Assembly (NCBI GenBank): GCA_023898425.1
Contig: CP060222.1
Span: 780,001 to 812,000 of the forward strand
From: Candidatus Saccharimonadota bacterium
GTDB taxonomy: Bacteria > Patescibacteriota > Patescibacteriia > 2-12-FULL-60-25
Length of the DNA: 32,000 nucleotides
Reading direction: 5' to 3'
Position numbers and translations under genes: made by a program. Of this stretch, positions 1 to 10,037 are shown piece after piece (the stretch's first letter is position 1; the number at the start of each line of letters is the position of its first letter). The notes beneath the pieces are model-generated. The model had not been told where the DNA came from, ran no database searches, and saw nothing but the letters and a program-made list of their open reading frames with translations.

Positions 1-38
1 AGTAAAAACCTGTTTTGTTGGCATAATATATTTTTGTA

Positions 39-878
39 CTAGCTTGTACTAACCGATCTCCCCGCAGGGTTGACATAATCCATTGCCTCCAAATCTGCCA
101 ACGACTTACCATTCGATGACTTCCAAGCCAGCCTCCCGTTTGAACTATGACCAAGCACAACGGTTGCCGCGGTTGAAGGAGAACCAAAATCAAAGTCCTG
201 TGAAAAAACATACTTACCTTCATCTGTTGGAACCAAAACTGACCGCTGTATCAATCCTTCACGGAGCACATGCATAGAGTTTGAGAGTGATGGGACTTCG
301 TTTATAACAGCCTCTGAACCTTTTAGAACCAAGAACCCTTGGTTCGTGACATGACCAAAAGCCTTTACGCCTTTTGCACTAATTGAAAGCTCTACACCCG
401 AGTAGCTGGTTGGCGGCTCTTCAAATGCATCAACACCCAAAATTGGAGCAATTTTCAAAATACTTGTGAAAAACCTCTCTACCACGGCTTGCTCTGATTC
501 TGAAATGCTAGGAAGTCCTGGCGAATTACTATTTTCAAGATCAGCAATCTTATACTCTTTCGCTATCTGGATAAGTCTCGATTCCAGATATTGTATATGC
601 GTCTTATTCAGGCTTTGATCCGTTGTTGTGAAACAGATTACTTTTGACCAGAAGTCTTTGTTTCGCTCATGATTCAACAAACGATCGATAATTGGATCAC
701 CCTCCCCGATGTAAATCTTTTGTAAACCTTCTTCTTTTGGGTTCACTAATATATAAACACCAGGCTTCTCGAGCTCCTTCCGTTCTTTTTCTTTACAGTC
801 AATAACGCACGAGGACACACGAGCGCCGTAATCGTTAATCCACCTATCGTCACAACCCAAAGCCCATCTGATTTCCAT
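39..878 (-). CDS. GIY-YIG nuclease domain protein with C-terminal DUF4357-like domain (restriction/defence-associated accessory gene)
   Basis: Intact 279-aa ORF. The N-terminal GVYILV..IYIGEG..R..YLESRL pattern fits GIY-YIG. The C-terminal FGSPSTAATVVLGHSSNGRLAWK resembles the DUF4357 signature. It lies directly downstream of the hsdRMS remnants on the same strand. Confidence 0.65.
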   Translation of the reverse strand: MEIRWALGCDDRWINDYGARVSSCVIDCKEKERKELEKPGVYILVNPKEEGLQKIYIGEGDPIIDRLLNHERNKDFWSKVICFTTTDQSLNKTHIQYLESRLIQIAKEYKIADLENSNSPGLPSISESEQAVVERFFTSILKIAPILGVDAFEEPPTSYSGVELSISAKGVKAFGHVTNQGFLVLKGSEAVINEVPSLSNSMHVLREGLIQRSVLVPTDEGKYVFSQDFDFGSPSTAATVVLGHSSNGRLAWKSSNGKSLADLEAMDYVNPAGRSVSTS

Positions 879-1012
879 CAGGAAGAAAGATATTTATTGA
901 ATATGCTGTTTCTTTATGCATATACCATCGTTATTACTAAATTAATTGTATCGTACCATCTAGCCGCCTATGACTCTCTTCAGAGCTATCTATTCACTCC
1001 AAAGCTTCGCAA

Positions 1013-2151
1013 TCACCTCTTTGGTTTTTTGTTCGTAGATTTCAATAAGTTTTTGGCGGATTCAACAAGGGTACCCTCGGCTTCGATTTTTTCCACTATT
1101 TGTTTCTGTATATTTAGAGGTGGAATAGGAATTTCAAACTGCTTTATCTGATCCGTTGTTAGGTTTTTAAACACTGCCCTGACAGATTGTAAATTATTTG
1201 CTTCCTGCTGATGAAGAAAGACGAAATACAGAAATTCGGGTAATAGCTTTGAAGACAGAGCTCTGAAACCAACAAATCCATCGTGAATACAAGCATCTAT
1301 GGAAAGTATAGAAGGTAAACCAGGATTTCCACTCACTGCCATTACAACATCTCCCTTTTTCATTAGCCTACTTAATTTCGCGCCCTCTTCTGTTAAAAAA
1401 TCAGTCTTGGGAGTTGTGTACATCCCATCACGAGTAACATCTGAAACCATAAGTCGTGGGATGGTGCCACCGTAGTAACGTGAATCCCTTGTGGCCTTGG
1501 TGAACTACCGCGTACCAAGGTGGTTATACTTTCAATCTTCACCTTCTCCCACTCCGGATCAATCTCAATCCTCGGTTTCCAGTTTTTAGCGATTTGTTTA
1601 GCGCCACTAATAATACCCGCATAGCCGTCTAGCTCTGCCACGATTTGTTCTTGGATTTCGAGAGGTGGGAGAGGGATTTCGTACCGTCTTAGTTTCGTAA
1701 AATGTCGTTGGTAGCCTTCTGATTCAATTGGTTTTTATTTAAAAGATAGTAAAGAAACTTTGGTACTAATTGGTCATTGGTAAGTAGAATTTTTATACCA
1801 TCAGCACCCTGCGCGAACGATTTGTCAACATATTTGACCACACAGGTATGATCCCCAAATATCACTAGTGGTTTCACTTTTTACTAAAGCACTTTCATCA
1901 TTTGTCCATCCTGCAATCTCAACTTGTGACTGGTCAATTACAGGAAAGTCGCCCTTGTTCTTATAGTTCTCTTTCAAGATCTTAGTAGGAGGAGTTATCG
2001 TTGTAACAACAGTATCAAATTTGACTATTGGCCATTTTGCGTTAGTGTAATCCGTTGCCACGCGATAACGATCACCAGAAAGACTGTAGTCTCCCGTCTT
2101 TGAAATTTCCTCTTTGCTGATTTTCCAGGCGAATGAGTTTTTATCCGGCAA
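1013..2151 (-). pseudogene. hsdS: Type I restriction-modification specificity subunit HsdS, frameshifted
   Basis: Four overlapping ORF fragments (1013..1450, 1393..1641, 1689..1877, 1825..2151) read as one HsdS. Two conserved spacer helices are present: EIPLPPLEIQEQIVAELDGY (about 1621-1685) and EIPIPPLNIQKQIVEKIEAE (about 1081-1140). The GSSPRPQG / SRYYGGTIPRLMVSDVTRDG motif is split by a shift at the C3/G3 run near 1487. Another shift lies at the T5/A5 run 1878-1882. Confidence 0.75.
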
Positions 2152-3446
2152 GCTCCATTTCGCACCAAATAAAACATGCTCTCGCCAATATTTGATTGCT
2201 TTTTTGCATCAAGCTGATCCCCTAGCATATCCAAATCATTAGGCAGGTCAGGTCTAGGGCGGCGCTGGGCATTTAAGTCAAAGCCATCGTTAAGAACTCT
2301 AACAAATAGAATATCTTCAGTTTTGTCAGCTACCTCATTATCAAAAAAACAAAATACTCGTCTTAACACCACTATAAGGGTAAAAGACACCGCTTGGTAA
2401 GCTAACGACAGCAAAAAAGGCCGTCTTCTACAAGATTTTTACGTAGCTGCTTGTATGCATTTCCAGATTGGAAAATAATACCCTCAGGAACAATAACACC
2501 CGCTCTGCCCTTTGGCTTAAGATGACTCATTATATAATCCACAAAAGCACTTCAGCGCGATTAGATTCAACGCCAAATTTCTTATGTGGTCGCACGCCGC
2601 CTTTCGGCGACATAAACGGAGGGTTAGCCAAGATCACATCAAACTTATCATTCCATCGTTCTTCGCTCGCAAGCGAATTATAGTTAAAAATCTTCGGCTG
2701 TTTAAAACCATGTAAGTAGGCATTTACTTGAGAAATACGCACCATGGTCGGATCAATATCATAGCCCTCGAAATTCTCACGAAGATTCTTGCGCTCTGTC
2801 GGTGTTAGTGGTTTTTCAGCATTCTTAGAGCCGTCTTCATTCTTACCATCGTGCTGATCTAGAATGTGTTTGTATGCGCTAATCAAAAAAGCCAGCCGTG
2901 CCACAAGCAGGATCTAAGATTTTATCATCTTTCGTTGGGTTAACGACTTTTACAATGAAATCGATAATATGACGCGGGGTTCTGAACTGTCCTGCATCGC
3001 CCTGTGAACCCATGATTGAGAGAAGGTATTCATACGCGTTACCCAGCTCCTCCGAGTGCGAGTAGTCAAAGTATTCAATCTCTTTCAAGAAAGATAAAGA
3101 ACTTCTGGCTCGCGATACGGCAAGAAGGCTGACTTGAAGATGTCGCGAAAAAAGCTCAGGAGTTTTTTCGATTCAGAAAACGCCTGAAGAGCTTCTGTGT
3201 ATAGATTCATCTTGCCCTGATTTTCAAGGCGAGAATCCATGAGCTTCGTCCATGAATATTTTTCAAGTGGCCCAACAAAAAATCTGGCTTTCCACCCGCA
3301 TTAATTGATGACTGATCGATATCATCCATGAATTTATAGATCAAAGCCGTCGTGATCTGCTCGATTTGTGACGATGGATTTGGCACAACGCCAACAAGCA
3401 CCTGACGTGCTGCATCAATATGTCGTTTGGTCTCAGCGTTCAACAT
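2152..3446 (-). pseudogene. hsdM: Type I restriction-modification N6-adenine DNA methyltransferase HsdM, multiply frameshifted
   Basis: Fragments 3207..3446 (HsdM N-terminal style helix bundle), 2879..3088 (FRTPRHI..DPACGTAGFF, SAM-binding motif I), 2530..2904 (ILANPPF, catalytic motif IV) and part of 2025..2414 (C-terminal DGFDLN..R..DLPND) lie in different frames. The M/S boundary near 2150 is approximate. Confidence 0.8.
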
Positions 3447-3453
3447 AGATTAT

Positions 3454-6010
3454 TCAGCAAAAGCGGTTAGAGGCACATAATCTTTCACGTATCTCGGAAC
3501 AGTTTCTTTGTAGCCATTGCAAGCAAGTAACTCTTCCATTGAAAAACAGGTGACTCATCAAGTCTACCGTATGTTTTTCATCAATTGCCTTGCGCACGTC
3601 TTCGTCGACAATATAAGACTTGAAAAGCATCTTTACTGGATCGTAGTGCACCTGGTCTACGCTGTACTCTTCTTGAAACTTACCCCATTCAGACTCAAGA
3701 AGCTCTTCTTTTGTCTCAAAACCTTCTTTCTGACCAAAAGCAACCTGTAAAAACTCTTTGATTGTCACGCGACGATCGAGGCTAAAAAGCCTTACGGATC
3801 TTATCCAGGTTCAAAAATGTGAGGGTCGGTTAAGAATATGACGTTTTGTGTACTCTTCAGCAGCCTCAACATCGCCATTGTCCCACATTGTCTTAAGTAC
3901 CTCATTACCCACAACGTCTTCTGCGACAGCCCTTCTAAAGCCTTCACGATCAATACGCATCCCTTCAGGGCTGACCTCAGTTTCTTGAAGAGACTCCATT
4001 CTATCGTCAGATTTTAGATCGAATTTACCTTTAAATACCTTGTTGCCTTGCTCATCAATGTATTCTGACTCTTTTACTTCGCCCATTTCGGAAACGGTAA
4101 GCTCGGCCTCGGCTACTTTTTTTAATAACCGGTAACTTTAATTTCTCGTCGTATACAAATTCTTTTTCGAAATACTCACATGTTGCAAAAAAAGTCAAAG
4201 AGTTTGAATGTCTTTTTATCTTTTTATATACCTCTTTGTTTTCATAATCCATGTATTCAAAGCGATGTTTGCGTGTACCACGCCCTTTAATCTGAACAAA
4301 ATCTGCGGGGCTGAATACTGGGCGCATCAAGCCAATATTCAAAAGATCCTGACAATCATAGCCAGTTGTCATCATGCCAACGGTTACACAAACACGCGTC
4401 TTTCCAGATTCATAGCCGCTAGGCGCCTTTACCTTGCCGTTTAAGTTGTTATTAGAAAACTGAATAGTCATTTGCTGCGCAGTTTGAACTAAAGAGGTGA
4501 CCTGCATAGCAAAATCTGACTGCGAATAGTACTCAGGCCAACGATCCATAGCGAGTTTATTCAAGATATTGGTAACACGTGCCGCATGTGCTTGTGAGAC
4601 ACAAAAGACAATACCTTTGCCAAATAACGTTATACCCCGTTCGTGTGCAACAGGATCCAAGAGACCATTATCAAGAAATGCTTTCGCCATAGCGATATTC
4701 GTTTCTTCATTAAAGAACTTTCGCTCGTAATGGCGAGCATTATATTTCTTATCAATCTCTTCACCTTCATCAGTCGTCGTGTGCACGGCGTAGCCATCCT
4801 TAGAAAGAAGCTTCGTTGTCACTTCGGTGCGCGCATCAACAACGATAGGGTTAATTAAGAAACCGTCTTTTACCCTGATAAAAGATCGTATCTAAAGGTT
4901 GGCTCACCAGCATCACAGCCAAACGTTTTATAGGTATCTAAAAGCTGACGACGTTCAAATTCGCGTTGCGTATCATCGTCTTCTGTATCAAAGCCCTTAA
5001 GATAGTCCTTTGGTGTTGCCGTGAGACCAAGCTTATAACCAACAAAGTACTCAAAAACAGCACGGCTATTACCACCGATTGAACGATGTGCCTCATCTGA
5101 GATCACCAACTCAAAATCCGTAGGAGAGAAATCTTTTATATCTATCCCCTGCCATAAATGTCTGAATGGTGGATACAACGATTTGAGCATTTTGCCAGCT
5201 ATCCCTACTATCTTTATAGATAACAGCTTTGTAGTCCAACTTTAGATAATTTCTGAAAGCTTTGTACGATTGATCCTCTAACTCAATTCGATCAACCAAG
5301 AACAACACTCTTCGAGCATTGCCGGATTTTAGGAAGAGCTTAATGATTGCCGCCGAGGTAAGTGTCTTACCTGTTCCGGTAGCCATCTCGAACAAGAATC
5401 GACTCTTACCTTCTTTTGCAGCAGCCTGTAGGGCTTTCATAGCCTGTACCTGGTAGGGGCGCATCTGAGCCAAGCCATGTTTACGTAAAAAATCAGCTCT
5501 CGTCTTTTCACCTAGAAAAGCAGGATCCTTTGCGTAGCTAGCCATCTGAGAAGTAAGAATATAATTTTCATCGACAGCCGTATTAGCTAGCTCATTCGGA
5601 TTTGGAATATATGACCGATACTGCGTTAACGATTCTTGAGTAGGAAACCGAGAGATCGTTTCTGGATTACCATGAAGAGTATCCCAGAAATAATGAATAT
5701 TACCGTTTGAGAGAATAATGAAACGAGCACTTACATTGCGCGCATAATTTCTCGCCTGCTCTTTTGCCGACAATGGATCCACCGATTCTTTCTTTGCTTC
5801 AACAACAACAAGAGCTCGGCCATCTTTATCCAAAAGCAAAAAATCAATAAATCCTTTTTGGGCGTTTTCAAAATCATCACCGAGATCCGAGAGTTTTACA
5901 CCTGGCTCCAACTGAATATTCACTGGACCGGTTTTATCGGCTTCAAAACGCCAACCAGCGCTCTCCAGAAGCTTATTTATTTTAATACGTGCCTGTGCTT
6001 CTTTATTCAT
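3454..6010 (-). pseudogene. hsdR: Type I restriction enzyme R subunit HsdR (SF2 helicase-nuclease), multiply frameshifted
   Basis: Five fragments: 5111..6010, 4870..5190, 4055..4822, 3811..4086 and 3454..3768. They carry the N-terminal nuclease-type region, helicase motif I (FEMATGTGKT), motif II (VISDEAHRS), motif III (LGLTATP) and motif VI (QIKGRGTR). Shifts visible at the C4 run 5146-5149 and the C3 run 4873-4875 restore continuity (STIQTFMAG|IDIKDFSPTDFELVISDEAH and RYDLLSG|VKDGFLINP). Confidence 0.8.
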
Positions 6011-6077
6011 AAATTATCCTAAGGATATCATTGGATCTCAACACTAACAATATTTTGCTATTTATTATTCTCATCAC

Positions 6078-6104
6078 AAAAACTCCGCCTTTCGGCGGAG
6101 TTTT
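6078..6104. terminator. Bidirectional rho-independent terminator (ends the tRNA transcription unit)
   Basis: A5 run, stem ctccgcc (6083-6089), loop tttc, stem ggcggag (6094-6100), then T4 run. Confidence 0.7.
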
Positions 6105-6109
6105 CTTGG

Positions 6110-6196
6110 TGGTGGGCAGAGAAGGATTCGAACCTTCGAAGGCACAAGGCCAGCAGATTTACAGTCTGCCCCGGTTGACCACTTCGGTATCTACCC
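6110..6196 (-). tRNA. tRNA-Tyr (anticodon GTA), class II with long variable arm, CCA encoded
   Basis: The reverse complement reads GGGTAGA..CAGACTGTAAATCTG..GAAGGTTCGAATCCTTC TCTGCCC A CCA. A 7-bp acceptor stem (one G-T pair), a T-loop TTCGAAT and a GTA anticodon in a 7-nt loop are present. Confidence 0.9.
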
Positions 6197-6234
6197 ATGT
6201 AATCCCGTGATCCGCCCCTAGGCGGTTTACGGGA

Positions 6235-6310
6235 TGGAGCCGTTGACCAGGATTGAACTGGTGACCTCATCCTTACCATGGATGTGCTCTACCAACTGAG
6301 CTACAACGGC
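6235..6310 (-). tRNA. tRNA-Thr (anticodon GGT), CCA encoded
   Basis: The reverse complement reads GCCGTTG TAGCTCAGTTGGTAGAGC A CATCC ATGGTAA GGATG AGGTC ACCAGTTCAATCCTGGT CAACGGC T CCA. This is a canonical cloverleaf. Confidence 0.9.
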
Positions 6311-6332
6311 ATATTAGCTCTTTCGACCCCGT

Positions 6333-6384
6333 CACCCTGAGCGACCCCGAGCGAGCGAAGCGAACTGAGGGGAGTCGAAGGGTG
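6333..6384. repeat. GC-rich nested hairpin module (short intergenic repeat family 2)
   Basis: Outer inverted repeat caccct (6333-6338) / agggtg (6379-6384). Inner pair gacccc (6343-6348) / ggggagtc (6369-6376). Same style as the hairpins at 15971-15992 and 25929-25952. Confidence 0.5.
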
Positions 6385-6401
6385 GCGGTATTTAACCAGA
6401 A

Positions 6402-7322
6402 CTACATGTCTTTGGCAACTCCCATGCTCTCCTCGATTTGCTCGAGTTTTTCTTTCCAGTGAGACGCACGATCTGCGTCATCGGCGGCAATACGTAATCG
6501 TTGATAGAGCTCGCGTGCTTCTTTTGGCATTCTATTCGCGATAGCAACATCAAAGGCTAATTCAAGAAACTTTACGCTTTGCTTTTCTAAATCAATGGCG
6601 CGCTCTGCAGGACCCCAGGCATATTCTGGACGCTTACGCGCGAGATAAAATTGAGCTAACTCTGCATGACGAAAGGCTTGGTTTGGAGATGCCTCGGCCG
6701 CTTTTACGCGATAGACCTCGGCCTTTTCCATATCACCTTCGGCTTCGGCGATTTCTGCAAGACAGGCAAAGGTGGTGTCGTCGGTCTTTTTGTTTTAAGC
6801 AAGAATTCAAGCGTTTCTTTTGCTTGCGGATAGAGCTTTTTTTTTGAGATAGATTTGGCCAATGCCTTTATAGGCATCAATGCTTCTTGGATCGATTTGC
6901 AAGACGTCTAAATAGCGACGTTCTGCTTCTGCCCATTTGGTATCACGGGCAAGTGATTTTGCTTCGCTGATAAGCGTTGGTGACGCGATCTTTTTGGGAA
7001 GGTGCCATTGAAGCAAGTGGATTTTTTTTACCTTCTTGTAGGAGGCGTCTAAAGCGCGTAAGCGACGATAGAATGAACGATAGGAGTCACGTAATGACTT
7101 CCAAAGTCCACGAAAGGCGCGTGATAGTGAGGCTGCTTGTTCTGAGCTCACACGTTCGAAGCGACGATTCATGAGTTCTTGGCGTTCTTTCTTTTGACGC
7201 TCTTCTTTGATCGTCATTGGATCGAGCAATCGTAAATCACCCCAATGCATAAGCAGGAGCCAGCCGATCGTAAGAAGTGAGAGAATCAGAACCGCCAGAG
7301 CGATCCAAGCAAGTAAGGACAT
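6402..7322 (-). pseudogene. Membrane-anchored TPR-repeat protein, interrupted (or two adjacent ORFs 6807..7322 and 6402..6731)
   Basis: N-terminal TM helix (LLAWIALAVLILSLLTIGWLLL), then TPR-like helices. Both ORFs are in the same frame. A third frame between the T9 run (6837-6845) and the T5 run (6787-6791) reads LYPQAKETLEFLLKTK, which bridges them as a continuous TPR sequence. Confidence 0.55.
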
Positions 7323-7331
7323 GGGGGTAGT

Positions 7332-8096
7332 TTACGCTGGATTTGCCGCGCGGCAAAGCAAGCCAAAGGCACGAGGGTCTAGTGATGCGCCACCAACGAG
7401 TACGCCATCAATGTCTGTCGTTGAAACATATTCAGCAACGGAGCGTTGATCAACGGATCCACCGTAGATAATCGAGATCTCTTTTGCAATCTCTTTGCCT
7501 AGTTTCTTGCCTAAAACATCACGAATAGCCGCATGAACAACTTTTGCATCTTCTGCGGTGCAGCCTTTGCCTGAGCCGATTGCCCAGACAGGTTCATACG
7601 CAAAAACAGGAGCTGCTTCGCCATCGCCTTCGAGGCCTGCGCAAGCTGCTGTTACTTGAGCGCGAACAACTTTTAATGTTTCACCTTTTTTCTTTTGCGC
7701 TTCGGTTTCGCCGACACAAATAACAGGACGAATACCTGCCTTTTGGAGAGCGATCGCTTTTTTGTTAACCATTTCATCAGTCTCACCAAGATTCATGCGA
7801 CGCTCACTGTGACCAACAAGTGAGAAAGAGAGTCCAAACTCCTTTAACATTGCTGGTGAGATTTCGCCGGTATAAGCACCTTCGTTGGCCCAAAAAACAT
7901 CCTGTGCACCAAGCAAAGGGACTCCAGCACGGCCGAGCGAGGCTCGGGCAGCCGCCAATGAAACATGCGGTACCGCTACACCGATGTCGAGATCTTTTGG
8001 CAAACGTTCGCGACGAAAGGCACGGATCCAGGCACCAGCTTTTACTGGGCCATAATGCATTTTCCAATTGGCTATTACCAATTTACGCATAGTCAT
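7332..8096 (-). CDS. tpiA: Triosephosphate isomerase
   Basis: 254-aa ORF with VIANWKMH, VGHSERR, ICVGE, AYEPVWAIGSG and IIYGGSV motifs typical of TIM. The start could be 8096 or 8090. Confidence 0.9.
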   Translation of the reverse strand: MTMRKLVIANWKMHYGPVKAGAWIRAFRRERLPKDLDIGVAVPHVSLAAARASLGRAGVPLLGAQDVFWANEGAYTGEISPAMLKEFGLSFSLVGHSERRMNLGETDEMVNKKAIALQKAGIRPVICVGETEAQKKKGETLKVVRAQVTAACAGLEGDGEAAPVFAYEPVWAIGSGKGCTAEDAKVVHAAIRDVLGKKLGKEIAKEISIIYGGSVDQRSVAEYVSTTDIDGVLVGGASLDPRAFGLLCRAANPA

Positions 8097-8181
8097 GTCC
8101 CTTTCCTACCTTAAATTTTAGATTTGAGCAAGTCTCAATAACCTCTCATTCACCTATATTATTCATCCCCGCAATACCTCG

Positions 8182-8378
8182 CCTCTCTATCCTCTCCATC
8201 CTCTCCGCGAAGCGAAGAGGTACACATCCCTAACCGTCATCTCGACCGACTGAGCATAGCGAAGAAGTGGAGAGATCTCGTAGTAACGGGCAGATGCCTC
8301 CACTCCTCCTTGCGTCGTCGGTCGGCATGACGGGGGTGTCACCCTTCGTTCACACGGAGGGTAGGGAGGATAACGAAG
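8182..8378 (+). repeat. Composite interspersed intergenic repeat, copy A (one 31-bp subrepeat)
   Basis: Shares ordered modules with copies at 9716, 16026 and 21091. The modules are cctctc.atcctctcc, hairpin cctctccgcgaagcgaagagg, cgtcatctcgaccgactgagcatagcgaagaagtggagagatc, cagatgcctccactcctcct, tgcgtcgtcggtcggcatgacg and cttcgttcacacggagggtagggaggataacgaag. Confidence 0.85.
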
Positions 8379-8382
8379 CTAG

Positions 8383-9672
8383 TTATTGTATTTTTTTAAA
8401 TACGGCTTCTACGGCTGCTTTATCTTCGAATGGCCCGATGATCGCAAAGGCCATGCGATCACGTTGAAACGCAAGCTTTGCCACTCGTCTAATATCTGCC
8501 GCTGTGACTTTTTGAATGCGCTTAATACGTTCTTCGGGTGTTTCAAGTTTGTTTTGAAAAATCCATTGTCTTCCGTAATAGTCGGCTTGTGTTGAAGAAT
8601 CTTCGAAGGCAAGTAAAAACTTTCCACGAACATGATCTTTAGCGCGCTTTAACTCTTCTGCGGTAACGAGCTTATTCGTCATCTTTTTTAATTCTTGCCA
8701 AATAACTTTTACGGCTTCTTCGATGCGTGTTTTATCTAAGCCGGCCATTACCTGAAACATCCCAACGTCTTCCATGGCTTGGTGAGAAGCATAGACGGAG
8801 TAACACAAACCACGACGTTCACGAACTTCGATAAAAAGACGCGATGACATGGTGCCACCTAAAATCGTCGACAATAAGCTCATGGCTGCTAAATCTTTAT
8901 GGCCAAGAGGTAAACCATAAAAAGACATCCCGAGCTGTACCTGCTCTGTTTCTTTTTTCTGAAACGCTATCGGATGAGCGAGAGACTCTGGTGATACAAA
9001 CGGCACAAAGTCTTTTGCTTTATTGGTTTTTGGACTTTTTACCTTACCAAAGGTCTTTTGTAGCTGTGTCATCACCTGTGCGTCCACCTTGCCCGTCACT
9101 GTCACCACCATGCGCTCCGGCACATAGTACGCGTCACGATAGTCGATAAGCTGCTGGCGGGTCACCTTGCGAATATTCTCGCGTGGTCCGGCGATATTCC
9201 ATCCAAGCGTTGAATCCTGAAAGAGCGCTTCTTCCATAATGTCATCAATATGCATACGAGGATTATCTTCGTACATATTAATCTCTTCGATAATCACGCT
9301 ACGTTCGCGATTGATTTCTTTCGCATCATACTTTGAATGGAAAAGCATGTCGTGAAGTAAATCGATCGCGAGTTTTGTCTGCGTAGCATCCATCTTAACG
9401 TAATACGCCGTAAGATCTTTTGAAGTAAAGGCGTTATATTCTGCACCATATCGATCAAGCTCTTTTGAGACATCAAGCGTGGTAGGACGACGCTTTGTCC
9501 CTTTAAACATCAAGTGCTCAATAAAATGCGAGGCGCCATTAATCTCTGGTGACTCATAACGTGACCCAACCTTTGTAAACACCATTACGGTCGTAGAGGT
9601 AGCGCCTTTTTGCGGCACAAGAATAGCCTTCATCCCATTGTTTAGGGTTTTTAACTGCGGTTTTGTGGACAT
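8383..9672 (-). CDS. M16 family (pitrilysin-like) zinc peptidase
   Basis: Inverted zinc motif HFIEH..F.G near the N-terminus and a two-domain M16 length. The start is taken at MSTKPQLKTLNNG (9672) rather than the upstream ATG at 9708. Confidence 0.8.
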   Translation of the reverse strand: MSTKPQLKTLNNGMKAILVPQKGATSTTVMVFTKVGSRYESPEINGASHFIEHLMFKGTKRRPTTLDVSKELDRYGAEYNAFTSKDLTAYYVKMDATQTKLAIDLLHDMLFHSKYDAKEINRERSVIIEEINMYEDNPRMHIDDIMEEALFQDSTLGWNIAGPRENIRKVTRQQLIDYRDAYYVPERMVVTVTGKVDAQVMTQLQKTFGKVKSPKTNKAKDFVPFVSPESLAHPIAFQKKETEQVQLGMSFYGLPLGHKDLAAMSLLSTILGGTMSSRLFIEVRERRGLCYSVYASHQAMEDVGMFQVMAGLDKTRIEEAVKVIWQELKKMTNKLVTAEELKRAKDHVRGKFLLAFEDSSTQADYYGRQWIFQNKLETPEERIKRIQKVTAADIRRVAKLAFQRDRMAFAIIGPFEDKAAVEAVFKKIQ

Positions 9673-9715
9673 AGCGCATAGAGTACTGAGCCAACAGATA
9701 ACCATCAAGCCTTAG

Positions 9716-9972
9716 CCTCTCGATCCTCTCCTTACCTCTCCGCGTAGCGAAGAGGTACACAGCCCTAACCGTCATCTCGACCGACTGAGCATAGCGAAGA
9801 AGTGGAGAGATCTCGTAGCGACAGGCAGATGCCTCCACTCCTCCTTACGTCGTCGGTCGGCATGACGGGGCGGGATGCGTCGTCGGTCGGCATGACGGGC
9901 GGTGCTTTGTCATCGATTGACAGTGAGGCGTGTAACCCTTCGTTCACACGGAGGGTAGGGAGGATAACGAGG
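9716..9972 (+). repeat. Composite interspersed intergenic repeat, copy B (two 31-bp subrepeats plus a unique insert)
   Basis: Same module order as copy A. The subrepeat cgtcgtcggtcggcatgacggg occurs twice. An extra segment ctttgtcatcgattgacagtg carries a tgtca/tgaca inverted repeat. Confidence 0.85.
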
Positions 9973-10003
9973 CCGGGGTGATTGAGTTATATTGAGAATA
10001 GTG

Positions 10004-10037
10004 AAATCTAAAACTCCCCGAAGGGAGTTTTAGATTT
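10004..10037 (-). other. Perfect 15-bp hairpin spanning the glyQS stop codon
   Basis: aaatctaaaactccc (10004-10018), loop cgaa, gggagttttagattt (10023-10037). The last codons KSKTPFGEF* form the hairpin. No clear U-run follows on the minus strand, so terminator function is uncertain. Confidence 0.4.

Noticed and set aside
897-1151. Plus-strand ORFs antisense to the R-M remnants (897..1151, 2468..2683, 3517..3750, 4208..4444, 4643..4858)
   Set aside because: They are short, hydrophobic, low-complexity translations of the complement of recognisable hsd sequence.
1140-1621. The two conserved HsdS helices as inverted or shuffling repeats for phase-variable specificity
   Set aside because: They are direct repeats, not inverted, which is the normal HsdS architecture. 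No second hsdS copy and no recombinase is present.
6058-6279. 73-aa ORF overlapping the tRNA genes
   Set aside because: It is fully explained by tRNA-Tyr, tRNA-Thr and the spacer hairpin, and has no coding signal.
7804-8092. ORFs overlapping tpiA in other frames (7804..8067 minus strand, 7820..8092 plus strand)
   Set aside because: tpiA motifs account for the region, and the alternatives are Arg/Cys-rich nonsense.
9554-9947. ORFs crossing the composite repeats as small proteins (9554..9838, 9765..9947, 15896..16207, 15991..16255, 21055..21497, 8267..8467), with peptides such as EISPLLRYAQSVEMT and SSVGMTG
   Set aside because: Different copies are open in different frames and on different strands, and unit-number changes shift the frame. 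The conservation is at nucleotide level, so they are treated as non-coding repeats.
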